Of a stretch of DNA of 64,000 bases, positions 38,475-53,419 are shown piece after piece. The stretch comes from Octopus bimaculoides (lineage: Eukaryota): the NCBI RefSeq assembly GCF_001194135.2, contig NC_068989.1, positions 41,757,259 through 41,821,258 of the forward strand. The letters run 5' to 3'. The position numbers and the translations under genes were made by a program. Position 1 is the stretch's first letter; each line of letters starts with the position of its first letter. The notes beneath the pieces were generated by a model. That model had not been told where the DNA came from. It did no database searches and saw only the letters and a list, made by a program, of their open reading frames with translations.

Positions 38475-39753
38475 CTAAGTAAAGTTGCTATCATCCATAC
38501 ATACAGGCTTGTCTTTTGCAGGTGCCACATGAAATGCATTTGTGCCAGTGGCACGCAAAAAACACCAAGTACATTCTGTAAAGTGGTTGGCATGAGGAAG
38601 AGCATCTAGCCGTAGAAACCATGCCACAAGAGACAATTAGAGTATGGACAGCTCTCCAAGCAGCCAGCTCCATGTCAAACTGTTCAACCCATGCTAGCAT
38701 GGAAGGTGGACATTAAACAACGATAATGATGATGATGATGACGACGACGACGACGACGACAACATGATATGAAAGGTTTCTCTTTCAGTTTCTGTCTTGG
38801 AAATCCACTCACAAGGCTTTGATTGGCCCAGAGCTATAATAGACAATACTTATCTAATGGTGCTACACATTGAGACTAAGTCTGAAACTATTTGGTTGGG
38901 AAGAGAACTTCGTAACTGTTGAACAAGATTAAAATTTCCTGGTTATTCCAGTAATGATGTTAAACATCTACAAAAATAAAAAGTATTTACTGCAAGTCCA
39001 GTTGCCTCAGTAAACTTAAGATCTCAACAAAAAATAACTACAAACATGAAATTTCTCAACATACAAAGATAGATTTGTATATAAAACTGCTTCTTGCAGT
39101 TAAGGGTTAAAAAATTTTGTGTGAATATATCTGATTGCCATGTAAAAAGAGACAACCATTCAACCAATTAACAAGGCAGCCAATGGCTGCTTTAACGATT
39201 GTAGAGATCTCTTACACATGAAACCATTGGTTGCCTCATTATCCCACAAAAGAATATTTATCTACCAATGCAGCATCAAGCACTCATTCTCATTATTTGA
39301 TACTAATATATGCATACATATACATATATATATATATATATATANNNNNNNNNNNNNNNNNNNNNNNNNNNNNNNNNNNNNNNNNNNNNNNNNNNNNNNN
39401 NNNNNNNNNNNNNNNNNNNNNNNNNNNNNNNNNNNNNNNNNNNNNNNNNNNNNNNNNNNNNNNNNNNNNNNNNNNNNNNNNNNNNNNNNNNNNNNNNNNN
39501 NNNNNNNNNNNNNNNNNNNNNNNNNNNNNNNNNNNNNNNNNNNNNNNNNNNNNNNNNNNNNNNNNNNNNNNNNNNNNNNNNNNNNNNNNNNNNNNNNNNN
39601 NNNNNNNNNNNNNNNNNNNNNNNNNNNNNNNNNNNNNNNNNNNNNNNNNNNNNNNNNNNNNNNNNNNNNNNNNNNNNNNNNNNNNNNNNNNNNNNNNNNN
39701 NNNNNNNNNNNNNNNNNNNNNNNNNNNNNNNNNNNNNNNNNNNNNNNNNNNNN

Positions 39754-39791
<38 letters not shown>

Positions 39792-41244
39792 GAACATGCA
39801 AACTATCCAGCTGTTTATCTTATACATGGGTTTTCTAAGAAGGAAAGCTTGGTTGCCATAGAAAAATTCTGCTGAATATCAGCATGACTGGTTTGAGAGT
39901 AATTAACCATTCACTTAGAATATTTAAAAGAAAAGGAAGCTATTTTATTGAGAAAGAATAGGCTTTATTTCATTCTTTCTTTTACAGAAAATCATCAACA
40001 ATATGTATACACCCCACTAACCATCAATATAATTTTTAGTATCATACTCTGACATCAGGAGACTAATTCCACGAATGAGTTTTAACTTTGACAGGGAAGT
40101 GAGGGGATGAGAGGGAAATAAAGACATTTGAAAATAATAAATCAATAATCAAATGTTTGGTTCAGAATTAACAAGTGATTTTGAATGGGTCTTTTTTGTT
40201 CTGTTTTTTTAAAAATCTGAACATCGGGAGCGTTTCATCAGTGTTGTTTCTTGTACGAATAATTGTCCAGGTGATAGAAAAGATAGAGCTACATCCAGTC
40301 ATCTACCTATATTTTAGTTATTCTAATTAGAGAAAATTACTTATACTGCTCTACCACTCACTTTTAGTTTAAGTGGTACCTAATGTCATTATTTTAACAT
40401 TGTCATTTATGCTTGCTTGGAACACATGGAATTTGTCAAAAAAAATTTTCTATAGCTACATGTTCTGCTTGTCACCAACACTCACCTGTTTTACCTATTT
40501 CCAAGCAAGGTACAATTTCCCTATGGCTGGACACATTTCCACAGAATACTGAAAACGAAGGTGACAACTATCACATGATGCCAAGACAAAGACACACACA
40601 CAAACAAACATAGATATATGATGAATTTCTTTCAGTTTCTGTCAACCAAATCCACTAATAAGGTTTTGATCAGCCCAGAGATACGGAAGAAGACACTTGC
40701 CCAAGGTGCTATGCAGAAGACTGAACCCAAGTCCACAGGGTTGGACAGTGAACTCCTTAACCACACCTAAATTAATTACAAAACACGATAAAATGAAATG
40801 AAGTGCCTTGTTCAAGGACACAATGTGTTGTCTAGGCCAGAGATTGAACTTGTTACCATGATTGTGAGCTTAACACTATAACCACAAGACCACGCACACA
40901 ACTTCACATACATGCATGCACACACACAAGCCATTAACATGAATGTATCATTTTGTCTCCAAACCTACACCCTCTTTAACCTCCACTCCCCACCATCGCC
41001 ACTAACACCTCTTCTAACAACCCAATCCCTACCACCACCACCACCACCACCACATACACACCAACTGAAACACTGCATACATAAAGACATATATGTCAAC
41101 TCTTATGTCACATGCAATAAAGAAGTCTACACCTATACCTTTACACTTCTAATAACCCCTGCCCAAACTCACCTCACGTACAGACACACACACTACACTT
41201 TTATGTCTCATATGCACAAACACTAAATCATCAACATATATGCT

Positions 41245-41777
41245 GGTTATCGAAACAGTTTTAGCACAATTGATTAGGAAGAGAATTAACATAGATGCAA
41301 TGCAGTTTGGCTTTGTGCCAAGAAGTTCAACGGATGCCATCTTCCTAGTGAGGCAACTGCAGAAAAAAAAGAAAAAATGTATCTAGCCAGGAATAAGCTA
41401 CTATACCTGGTCTTTGTTGAACTAGGAACGGCCTTTGATAAGATAACCCACTCTGAAAAACTGGGGGGTCAGTGAAAAGCTTAAAGTAGACAAATGGCTC
41501 GGGAGTGTTACACAAGCCATGTACAGAGGTGAAGTTTGTAAAGTGAGAGTCACAAATAAAACTACTGATGAATATAATGTAAAAATAGGGTGTGCACTAC
41601 AGCTCAGTCTTCAACCACCTTCTGTTCATTATCTGTCCTCCAAACCATAACAGAGGAATTGAAGACTAGCTGCTGTTGGGAGCTTTATGCTGATGATTTA
41701 GTTCTTATAGCTGATTTTGTAACAAAATTAGAAAAGATATTCCAGACTAGGAAGCAAATCTTAGAATTGAGAAGCCT
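41245..41777 (+). mobile_element. RTE LINE reverse transcriptase remnant, interrupted by an insertion and resuming near 42554-42625
   Basis: MQFGFVPRSSTDAIFLVRQLQ..LYLVFV.L..AFD, YADDL at 41686-41700, and later (S)CYLGNIIGSEGGCYENIV. Confidence 0.85.
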
Positions 41778-41801
41778 TAATCTTTCAGCATTTAAAGCAT
41801 G

Positions 41802-42643
41802 TCCACCTGGCTGGCAGCATACTATGTTTTCATAGCATCCACCCTCACTACCAATTATGTTTCCTAAGTAACAGCAGCTATCAACTAACTATAGCCCTTT
41901 AGCATAAACCATTCTGATTCTAACACACCTAAAATCACCCTTGGTCCTATGAAATGAACTTCCTGTTTAAATGTGATCTAAATTAAAACTTTCCTTCCAA
42001 ATTTCATGTTAATTTGTATTCCTGACACCAACTTAATAGATGACAATGTTATTTTGATAAATTCTTTGTAATTTTCAAAACTAATTAAAAGAAAGGTAGT
42101 GTGATTCAACAGAAATATGGTAAAAGGGTTAAAACAACCATATCCAGCCCAAATATTCAACCATATCTGTTCAAAATGACTAGAGCTTGCTTCTCACACC
42201 TACCCTACAATATCATTCTAAAATTAAACAATTGCATCATCAAAATTGTGATGCTGCAGCATGAGTCGTGATTAATTCAACGGAATGTGAATAAATAAGA
42301 ATTACATTTTGACAAAATAATCTGAATGCTTGGAGTGAATTTAGCTGGATATGGCCAGATAACCCTTTTACTATATTTCTGCTGAATCACACAACCTTCC
42401 TTTTAATTAGTTTTGAAAATTACGAAGAATGTATTAAAATAACATTGTCATTTATTAAGTTGGTGTTTGGAATACAATTTAGGAAGTCTGTATCATAGAA
42501 TCAAGAGTGATTTTAGTTGGGTTAGAATCAAAATGGCTTATGCTAAAGGGCTACAAGCAATTGATAGCTGCTGTTACTTAGGAAACATAATTGGTAGTGA
42601 GGGTGGATGCTATGAAAACATAGTTTGCTGCCAGCCAGGTGGA
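41802..42643. repeat. Inverted duplication with arms at about 41802-42150 and 42343-42643
   Basis: Each arm contains about 90 bp of RTE RT sequence plus a TAGCCCTTTAGCAT...AAAAGGGTTA MITE. The arms are reverse complements by eye. Confidence 0.8.
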
Positions 42644-43813
42644 TAAGCTTAGATGATATAACACCACTATATGCATCAACATTTCCACTAGACTCTAGAC
42701 GAGAGCTTCTAAGTTGCTAATGGTATTTATTCCTCAACTGGAATAGACCATCTCTAATCAAATCATCAGCAATTATTTCTGGTTTCTATATTGTAAATTT
42801 TCATCGAAGAAGAAATTAATAATTTAAGGAAAAAAACAAAAAGCTATCAAAAAGAAGTAGTAATAGCAACAAACCTTATTTACTACAATAACAAGAAGAG
42901 ACAAAATATCTTAAAGATCAATATAATAAAAGAAAAAAAAGAAGCTAATTCTAAGTAGATTCTGCTGTTTTGACATACAATTTAGTTGTATTACAAATAA
43001 ATGGTTCTCAGATTGTTTCAACATTTGTAGTTGTTGTGGCTGCTTTCACTGTTTATATATATANNNNNNNNNNNNNNNNNNNNNNNNNNNNNNNNNNNNN
43101 NNNNNNNNNNNNNNNNNNNNNNNNNNNNNNNNNATATATGTATTTCAAATGTAGATTTTTTTCTTTTTTTTGTAGATTTTTTTCCCCTCCACATCTTGTC
43201 ATTTATTCACTGAATTGTAAATGATAAAAATATCCATTCAATCAATTTTATGTTTATGAATGTCTCAAGTACACATAATATTCCCCTTTGTTTTTCTTTT
43301 TCTTTTTTTTGCTAAGGATTGTGAAATGCTCATTTTGATGAATATTGAAAGAAAACATACAAAAGAAGGAAAAAAAAAAATCAAATTTGCCAACAAATAA
43401 ACAACTGACATTTACACGACCTTTTATATGTTATCTCCTAAAATTGTTTCTCTTTATTATATGATAGATATTTTATATACATGCATACATACACACACAA
43501 ACACACAAATATATATACATACACATATATAATTGCATAAGTACACACACACACATATATATACTATTTTCATTCTATCATTTCTAATTTTTTTTTCATC
43601 TATCTTTTCCATCTTCAAGTTTTGATGTTTCCATTTATTTGTTACAGTAGGGTTTTTGCTTCTACAATCATCATCGACATCATCCTCCTTATCATCATCA
43701 AATTCTGTATATATTTTTATGACATGATATTCACTGCTACCATCACCACCACCACTCAACTAAGAACTATTCAATCATACATTTTACAGGTCTATTTATT
43801 TATTTCAGTTAAC

Positions 43814-43849
43814 CCTTTGTCTTCATTGACTTCTACTGCAGCGATATGT
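43814..43849 (-). CDS. Candidate 36-nt exon (K)HIAAVEVNEDK(G)
   Basis: Acceptor TGCTTTTGTGCTTTTAG|, phase 2-2, compatible with the 45487 donor. The donor GG|GTTAAC is weak. Confidence 0.25.
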
Positions 43850-44801
43850 CTAAAAGCACAAAAGCAGTACTGATTGCTAGATTCGAAATTTAAATTGATG
43901 TCTGGTACGTTAATTAGCAGTTACCTTGGTTATCACTGCTTCTCCTCTTTAACAAATCTCTAATTGATCACTGAACACTATCGGATAGCTGTGTGAAGTA
44001 ATTCTCATTTAATTTACATTTCCTCCAAAATCATAGAAAATCAGTGGATGAAAAAAAAATGGTATAGTACACAGTGACAGTGGATAGCCCCCATGTTAAA
44101 GAATGGAAATACCAGGTCCCAGGATATTAAGCCTTGCAGACAAGAAGATACCAAATACCATCCTGCAAACATATCAGACTAATGTGAGCATTGGGAAAAT
44201 GAACATTACAATAACAATTTTGAAGGGAAGAAAGTTAGTCAATACCGTCAACCTTGACTGGTACTACAGTTTCTTGACATGGTGGGATGACAAGCTAAAT
44301 TTATTCAGGTGCATTTTGAACTCAGAATGTCATAACTGGGGAGAAATGCTACTAAGCATTTTGTCCAAAACTCTAATGATTCAACCAGCACACTGCCTTA
44401 ATAATGACAGACTCTCCTGTCGAAGATGGTGTATGAATGTTCAGCTTTTGCTGAAAGACCTGTTTATAGTGATCAAATGTGTGTTCCATACATTATGTAT
44501 GTATGTATGTAGAACTGTTTATCATGTCCCTTAAGATCACAGTTGAATATTCTCAACATGGCAAACAACAGGTTTTACAACATATCAATTGAAATTTGAA
44601 GAATTTCTTTCAAAGAAAGAAACGATATTACTTAGAAAAGAAATTCTAAGCCACATTCAGTGTTTTCTTCACTGAGTTGAGAAAGCAGAAGAACTCTGGT
44701 GAATAGTGCTTTGGGATGAACAAAAATCTGACAGATTTGCAACTGTCAGCAATAAAAGCCATGCAGTTTTATTCATTTCTTTTTCTAAATGTAGATATTT
44801 T

Positions 44802-44840
<39 letters not shown>

Positions 44841-45486
44841 TTGTGTGTGAGTGAGTGAGAGAGAGAGAGAAAGAAAAGAGAATGTGTGTGAGTGAGTGAG
44901 AGAGAGAGAGAAAGAAAAGAGAATGTGTGTGAATGTATATATACTCACACATATATATGTACATATATACAAACTCATACAGAGGCATTTGCACACACAT
45001 ACATCACATACACATACACACACACATGTACATGTGACTTGCAGTATTGTCCTTGAAAAATAATGCTGTGAGATATTGCTGTTATGTCAGGAAGAGACCA
45101 TTATACAAGGTACTTAAATCCCTTGGATAATTATTTAGATTAGGGATTAGCAATTGTTAGATGCATTAAATAGCATGAGTTGTGCTTTGTTTTTAGCTTA
45201 TTTATATAAACTTTGCTTTAGTTGTATTTTTTACATTTGTATTATATCTAAATTTCATTTGTTTATGTATTTTAACAAATAATCAAAACAAAGAAAAAGA
45301 GAAAAAAAAAAGAAACTAAAACTTCAGGACATGTATTTGGATGTAATAATGGTTGGCCTATTTAAAACATTTGTGGTGGTGGCTATGTATGGAGGGTATA
45401 GCTAAAGGAAGAAGTAGCGGGTAGAGTAAATAGATTGGGTAGCCAACACCTTGTTATTCATTGAGTTGTCATAAATAGCCCCATAC

Positions 45487-45557
45487 TTGCTTCTGGTGAT
45501 AGTTACTGACCGAAATACAATGACGGGTATGTTGACAATTGACGGTCTATCTAATGG
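45487..45557 (-). CDS. Candidate exon PLDRPSIVNIPVIVFRSVTITRS(K)
   Basis: Acceptor TTTCTTATTCAG|, donor AA|GTATGG, phase 0 to 2. Phase-compatible with the SAM exon donor and locally CpG-retaining. No homology recognised. Confidence 0.3.
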
Positions 45558-45992
45558 CTGAATAAGAAACACTGCTTGACAAATTGGCTCCAATAACAAT
45601 TATACAGAGACAAATGGTTTGCTAAGTGGTTCCTTTAATTATATATTGCTGCAACAGTAGCATTCCTCTGACAATAATGGATGTGCTTTTGCAGTAATGG
45701 CAACAATAATGTAACATAAATAAGAAATGAAGGACATTTTAGGTGGTGGCAACAGCTAGGAAATAATGATAAAAAAAACTGAGAAGTAAAACAGAAAAAT
45801 ATAACAACAGCATCAACAAAAGGAAAGCAAAATATAGGCGTAGGTGTAGGCATGGCTGTGTGGTAGGAAGTTTGTTTCCCAACCTCATAGTTCCAGGTTC
45901 AGTCCCACTGCATGGTACGTTGAGCAAGTGTCTTAGGCTGACCAAAGCCATGTGAGTGGATTTGATAGATGGAAACTGAAAACCCATCATCT

Positions 45993-46038
<46 letters not shown>

Positions 46039-47372
46039 CTGGGTTTGTCTTCCCCTGCCCCAACCGTTTGACAATTGGTGTTGGTGTGCTTATGTGCCCG
46101 TAACTTAGTGGTTCAGTAAGAGAAACTAATAAAATAAGTACCAGGCTTAACAAAAAATACTGGGTTCGATTAATTTGACTAAAAGTTCTTCAAGGTGGTG
46201 CCCCAGCATGGTCACGGTCCAACGACTGAAACAACTAAAGGATAAAAGATGAATAAAATTAATAATCAGTTTGTTTGGATAACTAGGTGGGGAGGAATAA
46301 ATTCTTAGAGGAGGAGAAATGCGAGTGGTGGTTGTATTCAGACCTCTCCAAAAGTTATTCGGAGAGGAGATGTGGTGAAATGGTTTGGGGCTGAGAACGG
46401 AACTTGTGTATCTGACTTGACATACTGGGAATTTAACTCTCAAACTTCATAATATATAATTGATTTTTATTATTTTGGTTTATTAAGGTAGAAAGCTGGT
46501 AGAACCATTAGCATGCTGGACAATCTGTTTAGTGGCATTTCTTATGAATCATTACATTCTGAGTTCAAATTCTGCCAAGGTTGACTTTACTTTTCATTCT
46601 TTCAGGATGGATAAAGTAAGTACCTGTTGAGCACTGAGGTCAATGCCATCAACTTAACCCCTCTTCCTCAGCTTGCTGGCTTTGTGCCAAAATTTGAAAT
46701 CATTATTTTGGCTTAAGGCATTAAACTGGTAGAATCATTACCATGCTGGACAAAAAGCTTAGTTACATTTCTTCCAACTTTATGTTTTGAGTTCAAATTC
46801 TGCCAATGTCGGCTTTGCTTTTCATCCTTCCAGGATTGATAAAATAAGTACCAGTTAAGCACTTGGGGGTCAATGTAATGGACAAGTACCCATCTCCACA
46901 TTTCAGGTCTTGTGCTTACAGCAAGAATTATTTTCTTATTTAGTAGGAGGCAGGGGGCACAATGCTGATGACCGTTTACAAGCCTCCATGACTGGTGAAA
47001 GAGAAGGAAGGTGAGAGGAAGTTATCCTCAAACCAGAGAACTTGGCCTAAATGCTTGTTAAAGAATAGAGTCTACATAAGGAACCTAAGGAGTCAGATTG
47101 TGGTGTTAAGCTGCGCAATGGATTAAGCCTCTCATCCAAGATGGTCATGGTAGGATTTGAACACAGAACACTAAGAACAGAAACAAATATCACAACGCTT
47201 CAAATCAGATGTTTTTATAATCCCGTCAATCCACCATTTTAGACTGGTTCTTTTTTTTGCTTTTCTTTTTATTGATTTCAAAATGATGATAGGTAAATGA
47301 TGACCTTAGCAGAATTTGAACTCAGAGCAGCGAGTTGGAACAAATACCATGCAGCCATGGAACAAGAAAAAA

Positions 47373-47428
<56 letters not shown>

Positions 47429-50400
47429 TAATAATAATAATAATAAACAAAGATATTCAACATATCTCACCATCATTTAATATCACTTTGTCCTGAGATT
47501 AATGAATTGTATTACCGCACTATAACAGATGCACTATATGCCAGAAACAGCAGCCATATCTCCCTATACCTCATCTCCAAAACGGGGGCATATTCAGTAA
47601 TATAGTTCCTCATATATAAAAGGAGATGATCATAGATGGAACACTTTTGATCAGGGTGTGGGGTCTGCTTGATCAAAGGTGATTTGGAACTAAACAATAA
47701 CCAACATATCTATTTGGAAAAACAAATGGCCTTCTTCTTAGTTAACAAATGCATCAACATTTCCAACCTTCTCTGTCATCATTAGCTCAGTGAATAACAC
47801 ACGATGTTTCCAAAGTACCTGCAACAACTTATCCATCAGATTAAGTGTCCAGTATTGTCCAGTCCAGTCCGGTTGAAGGCATTAACTAGTCTTAGTTCAT
47901 CTAGTACACCTGCTGTCTTGCTGCATCTATCATCTTTTACTAGAAATCATACTACACCACCCACCTCATAACCTCTTTGTTTTCATTGACGACACACACA
48001 CCACACATCACTGCATTGCTGCTAACTTCTCTTTCCACCTCCATACAGATCAATGAGGCTTCTCTGTCGCTATTGAATTTAGCTGGCTGCTTCTACTGCT
48101 ACTGCTGCTGTCAACTATCTCTCTCTCTCTCTCTCTCTCTCTGTGCATGTATGTATGTGCAGATAGTTGTGTGTGGTGTGTGTTTATGTCAGTGTGTGTG
48201 TGTGAGAGAGAGAGACGCACCTGTTTGTAAAAACTAAGGCTTCTTTTAATGTAGGACACTGGGCAACAGCAATGTGGCTTCAATGTGGAGAAACAAGAAT
48301 AACAACAAACAAAATGAACAAAAATTTTCCAAAAAAAAAAAAAGGGAAAAAGTAAACAACAACAACAAAAAAATAGTAATAGGTGGTAGTGGAGTGTCAA
48401 ATGAACAATAATACATTTGGTAACTTAGCAATTTACACCTGTTTCACCTGTAAGTGTCATGATACAACACAATGACTGTATTATGTAATATATAAAAATT
48501 ACTAATATCAAGAGTATCACCCTGAAACAAGAATGACCTACTAAGAGGTGCCATGCTTTCATTAATTATTTTAGGTTTATATGTAGTTGTGACTAAAGAT
48601 AGACACTTTCTTGGCCCTTCCAACTTTGAGCCAGAAGAACAATGAGGATGTGAGAGCTGGAGGAGAAAAAGAGTTGCACCAGCACCTAGCTGATATTCAT
48701 TTTGAACTGTGTATACTGGAGCAATGGAAAATGAAGTGCCTTGTACAAATACTTGACCTTCGATGTGGTTGAACAACAAAATCTCGACTAGTCAGATTTC
48801 ACAGTTTGGGTTATACTATCCATCCTTTGGATCGCTGAATGTGAAAATGTGGCTCATAAGACCTCCATTCAGGTGATTTTCCTCAGTCACCATCTCATCC
48901 TCCCTTGCATGCCCACCTGTCACAAGGTTACCCATTTACAGTTGATGGACTGGAGCAATGTGAAATGAAGAGGTTTGCTCAAGAACACAATGCACATCCG
49001 GTTTGGGAATTGAAACCATGGTCTTGTGATTGTGAGTGAAACACTAACCACTAGGTCACAAACTTTCACAGAATATACAATACACAACCTAGTTCAGGAA
49101 TTGAAACTACAACTATGTAATGCATAAAAAAAAAATCTACCGCTACAATATCTATCTATCTATCCATCCATCTATTTTTTCTATCTATTTTTCTTTCTAT
49201 CAATCAATCAATCAAAATGAAGGATGATCTGGTGGTGTGTACCATGCTTTCACTAACTGCATTAGGTGCCTATGTAGTTTCAAGCAGACAGATAGACATC
49301 TCAAATTTCCCATCCTTGTTACAACATAGCATCAAAGATGTGACATTTGGAGGAAGAAAAGGCTTTATCAGCACTAGGCTGATATTCATTTTCAGCTGAA
49401 TAGACTGGAACATGAAATGAAATGCATTACTCAAGTGTTATCAGATCTCGAATTCAAACACGTGACATTGTAATCACAAATCCAATACCCTAACCACTAG
49501 GATACACATTTTTCCATGTTGTAATGTAGTGTGGGGTTCTTAGCCAGGGTTGATCATGTGCCTGCACCTTTATGTGCTGACCTGGGTAAAGTCTTATTGT
49601 GGAAGATGGCAGTTGCTCATGCATGTAAGTCTCTCTTCTCTCCTGCCACAAATGTCCAGGAAAAAAGTCACTGCCTTAAAGCTGATACAGCTGGGCACTA
49701 GTGTCATCACTGGTGTTGCTATTAGAACACAAAGGGTCACAACATATCATAAGCCATCTCATCTGATTTTGTAGTAGTTCAACCAATCCAACACATTTGC
49801 TTGGTTCTTGATAACAGATTGGTACATTGTGATGTATTCCACAGGAATACATTGCAAGATATTCCACAGGTTATAAGTGAAACAAATAAATCATATATAA
49901 CATATGACAAAATATATTCAATATGTAGTGCATAAAATATGTGACCTATGATAAAACATAGTCATATGGGGTAGCCATGTATCTCCTCTACAGCAACACA
50001 TCTGTTTCTTTTCCTCTATCATACTTTAACTATTCATCACTTGACTGAAGACCACCTCCCACAATACTGTTCCCCTTCAGTTGAGGGAGTCTTGTCTTGA
50101 AAGTTACTGGGTGACCCTGCTGGTGCTGACGCCACACAAAAAAAGCACCTAGTACACTTTATAAAATGATTGGTATTAGAAAGAATATCCAAACAGAGAC
50201 ACCATAACAAAGCAAACGTAACTTGTTTCAGTCCTCGGGCTTACTAGCTCCCGTCACAATGTCCAGCCCAAGACAGTATGGGAGGAGGATGTTAAATGTT
50301 GATAATAATAATGATATGTGATAAAAATAAGTCATAAAATATAGCACCACCGTGAGGTGGAAAAAATATATCTACACAACATATACATACAAAGTGGCTG

Positions 50401-53104
50401 CATGTGTGAGCTTGCATGCATGTGTATGCACCATACCAGTTGAAATTCAGTTTTGCATTTAGAGTTTAATGCAACCTGCTCATACTGTAACAGAAGGGTA
50501 GAAGATAAACAAGAACAGTATCCAACAGTAGTAAAGTTGCTTCCTTTCAACCCAACAAATGCAGATAAAATTTACATTAACAGATATTTAGGGAAATGAG
50601 CAGAAATAGAGAGAACAAAATGTATTATAACTCTGTGAGTGAGTTAATGATAAAGATAGACAGACAAACACATGGGCAGAAGGATAGACATAAAAACAGA
50701 GTCGGGTGCAGGCATAGTTTTGAACTGGGTGCAAGCTTGGTTAAGAATCTCATTTTGGAACCATATGGTTTCGAGTTCAGTTCCACTGTGCGGCACCTTG
50801 GGGCAAATGTCTTCTATCATAGCCCAAATATCTTCTATTATAATCTGAACCAGCCAATGCCTTGTGAGTGAATATGGTAGACAGGAACTCTGTGTGTGTT
50901 CCACCACTGCTTTGATAATCAGTGTTGGTTTATTCATGCTTCTTTAACTTAGATATTGATTAAGGAAACATATAAAATAAGTACCAGTACTGTGGTTGAT
51001 TTGTTGAGCTAAGCCTTTCAAGGTGGTGCCCCAGCAAGGCCACAGTTCAATGACTGAGATAAGTAAAAGATAAGATAGAAAGACACACACCATCACCAAC
51101 TTCCACATGAAGATAAATTTGGTAGGTATTGTGATATGGAGCTATGTATGATGTCACTATCAAAATCTTACACCGCAGTTTGATTTCCAGTTTGAATAAA
51201 TGCAGTGAAACTTGCTAACATCTTTTGGTCTAAGAGGAAATCTTTTATTCAAGATACTACTGTAAAATAGGTGTCTGTATGTGAGTAACAGAGGAAAGAA
51301 GAGAGAGATTGTATGAGAGTGTATACGCGTGTGCACGAGTCTGTATGTGAGTGTGAATCAACTAAACCAGTTCCACTTGTGAAATTGGATTGAATAGAAT
51401 TCTAAACATCTTAATGTGTAACAAATAGGTAGGATGGCAGGAAGAAGGAAAGAGCCAAGCAGACAATGTTCTTGTTAGCTTTCATCCTGACATGTGTCCT
51501 TTGCGTTTTATAAGATAATAAGATGTGATTTGAGGGAGATCTAGCTATTATTTTTAACCAGTCGTATGACCTCGCAAACTGTCACACGACTCGGATAGCT
51601 AATATTTTAGAGACTCCATCATTAATCAAGCAGTTTTTACGTATACGTGTAGAAATTTAATGCAAGGGAAGTAACTCTAAATTTCTATCAAATTATCTCC
51701 CCTTGTTATATATATATATATNNNNNNNNNNNNNNNNNNNNNNNNNNNNNNNNNNNNNNNNNNNNNNNNNNNNNNNNNNNNNNNNNNNNNNNNNNNNNNN
51801 NNNNNNNNNNNNNNNNNNNNNNNNNNNNNNNNNNNNNNNNNNNNNNNNNNNNNNNNNNNNNNNNNNNNNNNNNNNNNNNNNNNNNNNNNNNNNNNNNNNN
51901 NNNNNNNNNNNNNNNNNNNNNNNNNNNNNNNNNNNNNNNNNNNNNNNNNNNNNNNNNNNNNNNNNNNNNNNNNNNNNNNNNNNNNNNNNNNNNNNNNNNN
52001 NNNNNNNNNNNNNNNNNNNNNNNNNNNNNNNNNNNNNNNNNNNNNNNNNNNNNNNNNNNNNNATATATATATATATATATATATAAACTCCCATATATTT
52101 ATTATACACATTAATCCGAATATGGTGCTATACGGTCAATAATTAGAAAATATCCTCTCGTTATAAATAAATAGCTTCGAACTTTGCTTAATCAACTGCA
52201 CTTTAAAGTCATTCAGTATCACAAACGCAAACAAACGCGCGCGCACTGAGAAATTTTAGAGTTATTTCCCATTTCCATTTTGTCCCAAAATTTTAGAATT
52301 TGTTGCTGCATAATATAATTTAAAAATTTTTGTATATTTTCAGTAAGAAATTCATAATGCTCTATACATGGACGGAACTGCCAACTAAAAATTACGTTTT
52401 GCAAGTATTTATGACATAAATGTTTACAAAAAACTTTTTTCCACACATCACATTTACACGCATTTTCAAGTGCACATAATCAAATTGTAGCTTCTGCCTG
52501 CATCAAGTGCAGCTGACATCCCCTACATTTCTGTAGGAAAGCTTGAATAACTTCAGGACCCTGTTTATTGCATTTGAAGACCTGTTAAAGATTTTGACAT
52601 TAAAACCAAAATTCTATATACTACACAGACATCAACAGAGATGAAATCAAAATTTATGTCCTTTGATTTCAGAGGATATTCTATGGAAAACAACATTATG
52701 ATCTGACTCATGTCCCCTGATTTCTGAGGGTACCCCATGAAAAGAAACATCATGATCAATGCCTAAATGGAGGACTAAAGAAGCAGTTCAAAAATCATTT
52801 GAAGACTACTGTGAAGAGAACATGAACCCTTTAACAGTGGAAGACATCAATGCCTACCATTAATTTTAAGGGGCCGCACTGTCACAGGGGGATTGGAAAT
52901 ATGGAGGAGAGACCCACTCTGCAGAAGCAAGAAAAGTGGCAGGAATTCACAGTAAAAAATTATATCTCCAATCAAACATTTATATATCTTGACTGATACT
53001 GCATATCAAAAATCAAGATGTATTGTCAGCAGAGGGTCTGTAATCAGAGATGGTTATCATTGGATTCAAAGGACAAGCAAAAGCAAATAAGTCTAAGGCG
53101 GATG

Positions 53105-53326
53105 TACGCGGGGGTGCTGAAAAGTTCCTGGCTTTTAGGGGTTTTGCGAAAGGCCTGGTTGGAGGTCCAACCTTCTGAGTTCTTTTACAGGGCTTAAAAA
53201 AATTGAAGGATTGCTGCAATAAGTGTGTAGATCTGAGAGGGGAATATGTTGAATAAAATCATAACTAACTGATCCTCCTGAATTTTCTTATACCAAAAGC
53301 CAGGAACTTTTCAGTACCACCTCATA
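53105..53326. mobile_element. Mariner-derived MITE, copy 2
   Basis: TACGCGGGGGTGCTGAAAAGTTCCTGGCTTT ... AAAGCCAGGAACTTTTCAGTACCACCTCATA, with TA at both ends. Confidence 0.85.
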
Positions 53327-53419
53327 TAATAAAATAATATATGACAGGGAGAGGCTACTGGAACCTTTAACTTGTGAAGTCTTTATATTCTAGCATTCAA
53401 AAATAATTGTTTCTACATA

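Noticed and set aside
47512-47697. Possible 120-nt phase 2-2 minus-strand exon SKSPLIKQTPHPDQKCSIYDHLLLYMRNYITEYAPVLEMR
   Set aside because: Plausible sites, but not phase-compatible with the SAM exon without an unseen exon, and no homology is recognised.
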